DNA of 64,000 nt from NCBI GenBank assembly GCA_016235065.1, contig JACRMB010000010.1:6281-70280 (forward strand), given 5' to 3'. The notes under the pieces were generated by a model. That model ran no database searches and was not told where the DNA came from. It saw only the letters and a program-made list of their open reading frames with translations. Source of the stretch: Actinomycetota bacterium. GTDB lineage: Bacteria > Actinomycetota > Thermoleophilia > BMS3ABIN01. The position numbers and the translations under genes are program-made. Shown here piece after piece: positions 60,925 through 64,000 of this stretch. How positions within the stretch are numbered: the first letter of the stretch is position 1; every line of letters starts with the position of its first letter.

Positions 60925-61978
60925 TAGCCTGAGAGGCACCTATCTTATCGAACGCTACCGCCGTTTCCTGCCCGTCTCTGACAGTACGCCAGTGATCAGC
61001 CTCGCCGAAGGGTCTACCCCGCTCCTGCCAGCGCCAAGGCTGGGAGAGCGGCTGGGACTGGACCTGTATCTGAAACTCGAAGGCCTGAATCCGACCGGCA
61101 GCTTCAAGGACCGCGGCATGACCATGGCCGTATCCAAGGGCCTTGAGGAAGGCGCCGGCGCGGTTATCTGCGCTTCGACCGGAAACACCTCAGCCGCAGC
61201 CGCCGCTTATGCCGCCAGGGCCGGGATCCGCTGTATCGTGATCATCCCGGAGGGCAAGATCGCCGCGGGCAAGCTCGCCCAGGCGATCACTCACGGCGCC
61301 GAGGTGCTGTCAGTAGCCGGCAATTTCGACCAGGCCCTGGACCTGGTGCGGGCTATCGTGGAGGAATATCCGGTTCAGCTCGTCAACTCCATCAATCCGC
61401 ACCGGCTCGAAGGACAGAAGACCGGCGCGTTTGAAGTCGTTGACTCTCTTGGCGACGCCCCCGACTACCTCTCCATCCCTGTCGGTAACGCCGGCAACAT
61501 CACCGCATACTGGAAAGGCTTCAACGAGTACCTCGAAGCCGGCCTCTGCAACCACCTGCCGCGCATGATCGGTTTCCAGGCGGCCGGGGCGGCTCCGCTG
61601 GTGCTGGGACATCCGGTGGAGAATCCGGAGACTATCGCCACAGCGATCCGGATCGGAAATCCGGCCCGAGGCGACCAGGCCCTCCAGGCGGCATCAGACT
61701 CGGGAGGGCTGATCGATGCGGTCACTGACGAAGAGATCATTGATGCATACAAGCTGGTCGCTTCCACGGAGGGCACTTTCTGCGAACCCGCTTCCGCGGC
61801 CAGCCTGGCCGGTGTGATCAAGAAACAGAAGGAAGGCCTGTTCAGCGAAGGCGACAGGGTCGTCTGCGTTCTCACGGGTCACGGCCTCAAGGATCCCGAT
61901 ACAGCCATCAGCAACGGCCGCGAAGTAACCCGGGTTGAGGCAGACCTGAAGCAGGTTGTCAAAGTCTTGGGCCTTTAG
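60914..61978 (+). CDS. thrC: Threonine synthase
   Basis: [23 protein letters not shown] and TGHGLKD. Confidence 0.96.
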   Translation: MSSDSLRGTYLIERYRRFLPVSDSTPVISLAEGSTPLLPAPRLGERLGLDLYLKLEGLNPTGSFKDRGMTMAVSKGLEEGAGAVICASTGNTSAAAAAYAARAGIRCIVIIPEGKIAAGKLAQAITHGAEVLSVAGNFDQALDLVRAIVEEYPVQLVNSINPHRLEGQKTGAFEVVDSLGDAPDYLSIPVGNAGNITAYWKGFNEYLEAGLCNHLPRMIGFQAAGAAPLVLGHPVENPETIATAIRIGNPARGDQALQAASDSGGLIDAVTDEEIIDAYKLVASTEGTFCEPASAASLAGVIKKQKEGLFSEGDRVVCVLTGHGLKDPDTAISNGREVTRVEADLKQVVKVLGL

Positions 61979-61987
61979 GAGCCAACC

Positions 61988-63211
61988 ATGAAGTATCTGG
62001 TGTTGATTCCCGACGGTTCCGCAGACGATCCCCGACAGGAACTGGGAGGGCTTACTCCCCTCCAGGCTGCCAGGACACCCAACTTCGACCGGCTGGCCCG
62101 GGAAGGCCTTGTCGGCCTCTCGAGAACGATCCCGGATGGTTTCGCTCCCGGCAGCGATGTCGCCAACCTCTGTGTCCTGGGATATGATCCTCATCTTTAT
62201 TACACCGGCAGGGCTCCCCTCGAAGCCGCCAGCCTCGGAATCGTTCTTCATGATGGCGATGTAGCATTCCGCTGTAACCTTGTCCATGTGGAGGAAGGCA
62301 TCATGAAGGATTTCTCCGCTGGACATATCGATACAGAGGCAGCGACCGAGATCATCTCATTCCTTCAGGAAAACCTCGGCTCTGGCGGCGCCACTTTTTA
62401 CCCGGGCCTCAGCTACCGTCATATAATGGTTTCCCGCGGAAAAGCACTTGAAGCACAATGTACGCCTCCTCACGATATCAGCGGCAAACCTTACGAAGCA
62501 CATCTGCCATCCGGGAACGGGGGCAGCTGGCTGCGCGGGCTGATGGAGGTCTCGGCCAGGCTGCTTGCTGACCATCCCGTGAACCTGAAGCGCATCTCTG
62601 AAGCGAAGGCTCCAGCGAACATGATCTGGCTCTGGGGCCAGGGCACCGCACCCAGGATGCCGACTCTGGAGGAACGATTCGGCCTCACCGGGTCAGTGAT
62701 CTCGGCGGTGGACCTGGTAAAAGGGCTCGGGAAAAATGCCGGTCTCAAGGTCGTCGAGGTCCCGGGCGCGACCGGCTGGCTCGATACCGACTACGAAGCC
62801 AAGGCTCGCTACGCACTGAAAGAGCTTGAATCACGGGATTTCGTCTATGTTCATGTAGAGGCGCCGGACGAAGCTTCTCACTCGGGGAACTCAGCCGCGA
62901 AGGTCGAGGCCATCGAGCGTTTCGATTCGCTGCTGCTCGGGACGCTCCTTGAGGGGCTGGCTGAATACCCGGAATTCCGCATTCTGATAATGCCCGACCA
63001 CGCCACGCCACTGGCGATCAAGACCCATAACATGGAACCGGTGCCGTTCCTTGTCTTCGATCCTTCGCGGCGGGGCGATAGAGACCAGGGTTTCAACGAA
63101 GCATCTGCGGCTGCGAGCCAGCTACGCTTTGAGAACGGCTGGGAACTCATGGAGTGGTTTTTGAGTGATCCGGCGGCCGATCCCGAATATAAGAAAACGG
63201 CGGAGACTTAA
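61988..63211 (+). CDS. Cofactor-independent phosphoglycerate mutase-like (ApgM family) protein, candidate homoserine kinase substitute
   Basis: PDGSAD, PGSDVAN, HVEAPDEASH, PDHATP and TH. Confidence 0.88.
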   Translation: MKYLVLIPDGSADDPRQELGGLTPLQAARTPNFDRLAREGLVGLSRTIPDGFAPGSDVANLCVLGYDPHLYYTGRAPLEAASLGIVLHDGDVAFRCNLVHVEEGIMKDFSAGHIDTEAATEIISFLQENLGSGGATFYPGLSYRHIMVSRGKALEAQCTPPHDISGKPYEAHLPSGNGGSWLRGLMEVSARLLADHPVNLKRISEAKAPANMIWLWGQGTAPRMPTLEERFGLTGSVISAVDLVKGLGKNAGLKVVEVPGATGWLDTDYEAKARYALKELESRDFVYVHVEAPDEASHSGNSAAKVEAIERFDSLLLGTLLEGLAEYPEFRILIMPDHATPLAIKTHNMEPVPFLVFDPSRRGDRDQGFNEASAAASQLRFENGWELMEWFLSDPAADPEYKKTAET

Positions 63212-63332
63212 GCCCTAGGTCAAATCCCCGCTGTGCCTCCCCACTTCTGCGGCTCCGCCCATCAGGAACAGGAAAAATCCCGTCCATCTGCCGCAGTTGT
63301 GAGTTCTAAAGTATAGTCTGTTCTTTTCTTCC

Positions 63333-64000
63333 TCATTCCCCGATTCCCTCCAATGAAACTCCGCCCTCGCCATCTGATGACACTCCATCAAAACTCCAAC
63401 CCAGGTTATAGACCACCATGCCGATGCGTGATGCCATTGCCGTTGCAAGTTCGGTGCTGGCAGAAATCCGCTCCCTGTCGAGCTCGAACTCGCGGCTGAA
63501 GTTCAGGACAAGCACGCCGATCGACCTCCCCGCCACACGGACTGGCACACATAAATACGGCTCTTCTGAAGTCTCGTGCCGGCACTTCATCCCGGTTTCA
63601 ACGCCCGCATAAAGATGGACCTGCCCGGACCTCAGAGACCAGCAGTCATCCGCACCGAAGTCCTTGCCCGGTGGCGGAGAGTGACCCCAGACAGCTGCGA
63701 CCTTGTACCGTCCGTCAGCCTGATCGAGCATATAGAGCGAACCGGAATCCTTTCCAGTCAATTCCCCGGCAAACCGGGAAAAAGCCGTATATGCCTCGTC
63801 TGCCAGCAGGCAGCTCTGCAACAGCTCGTCCATCTGGTTCAATATCGCTGTCTCGCGTCTGCGGCGATCGAGTTCAGCGGTCACGAGTTCGAGCTTTGCC
63901 ATGGTGACCACCAGCTCGGAATCCTTCACCTCGGCCTCTTCCTCCAGCTGACCCTTGACCTTCAGCAGCTGCTCTTCCCCGTGCTTGCGTGCCGTGATAT
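63333..64000 (-). CDS. PAS/PAC-GAF signalling protein (5' end outside window)
   Basis: Frame open to the window edge: ITARK (PAC end), a coiled coil, and a GAF with DDCWSLRSG..H...CRH...CVP. Confidence 0.75.
   Translation of the reverse strand, partial: ITARKHGEEQLLKVKGQLEEEAEVKDSELVVTMAKLELVTAELDRRRRETAILNQMDELLQSCLLADEAYTAFSRFAGELTGKDSGSLYMLDQADGRYKVAAVWGHSPPPGKDFGADDCWSLRSGQVHLYAGVETGMKCRHETSEEPYLCVPVRVAGRSIGVLVLNFSREFELDRERISASTELATAMASRIGMVVYNLGWSFDGVSSDGEGGVSLEGIGE

Overview
This GC-rich bacterial window is mostly housekeeping sequence. The gene set resembles deep-branching Actinomycetota such as Thermoleophilia (inference). It contains a truncated secreted beta-helix/Ig protein, corA-trpF-trpB-trpA-XRE, an L,D-transpeptidase, a PP-loop tRNA-thiolation-like enzyme, two phosphofructokinases, a DHH-CBS tRNA nucleotidyltransferase, the recG-rsmD-coaD-yceD-rpmF block and rpmB. 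It also has three DUF5684-like paralogs with a chagasin-like lipoprotein, an FMN-riboswitch-controlled rib operon, rpe, a DUF4190/DUF4234/DUF2752 membrane cluster, HU, tldD/pmbA and MoxR-DUF58-transglutaminase. The right part holds dnaE, recQ, a leuA-C-D-B-ilvE-cimA operon, two Cys-rich GGDEF/HD-GYP paralogs, an NlpC/P60 hydrolase and hom-thrC-apgM-like. I found no CRISPR array, tRNA, rRNA or mobile element. The main features missing from the ORF track are: (1) a probable YuzD-like thioredoxin-fold selenoprotein with an in-frame UGA in CxxxU and a SECIS-like hairpin (8697-9044); (2) an unassigned, promoter- and terminator-bounded structured RNA of about 230 nt (15401-15633); (3) a Leu-rich leader peptide with a terminator-like hairpin inside its own coding region, upstream of leuA; (4) a 23-codon mini-ORF coupled between leuC and leuD that resembles a duplicated junction. 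All family assignments come from motif recognition by eye, not from database searches.
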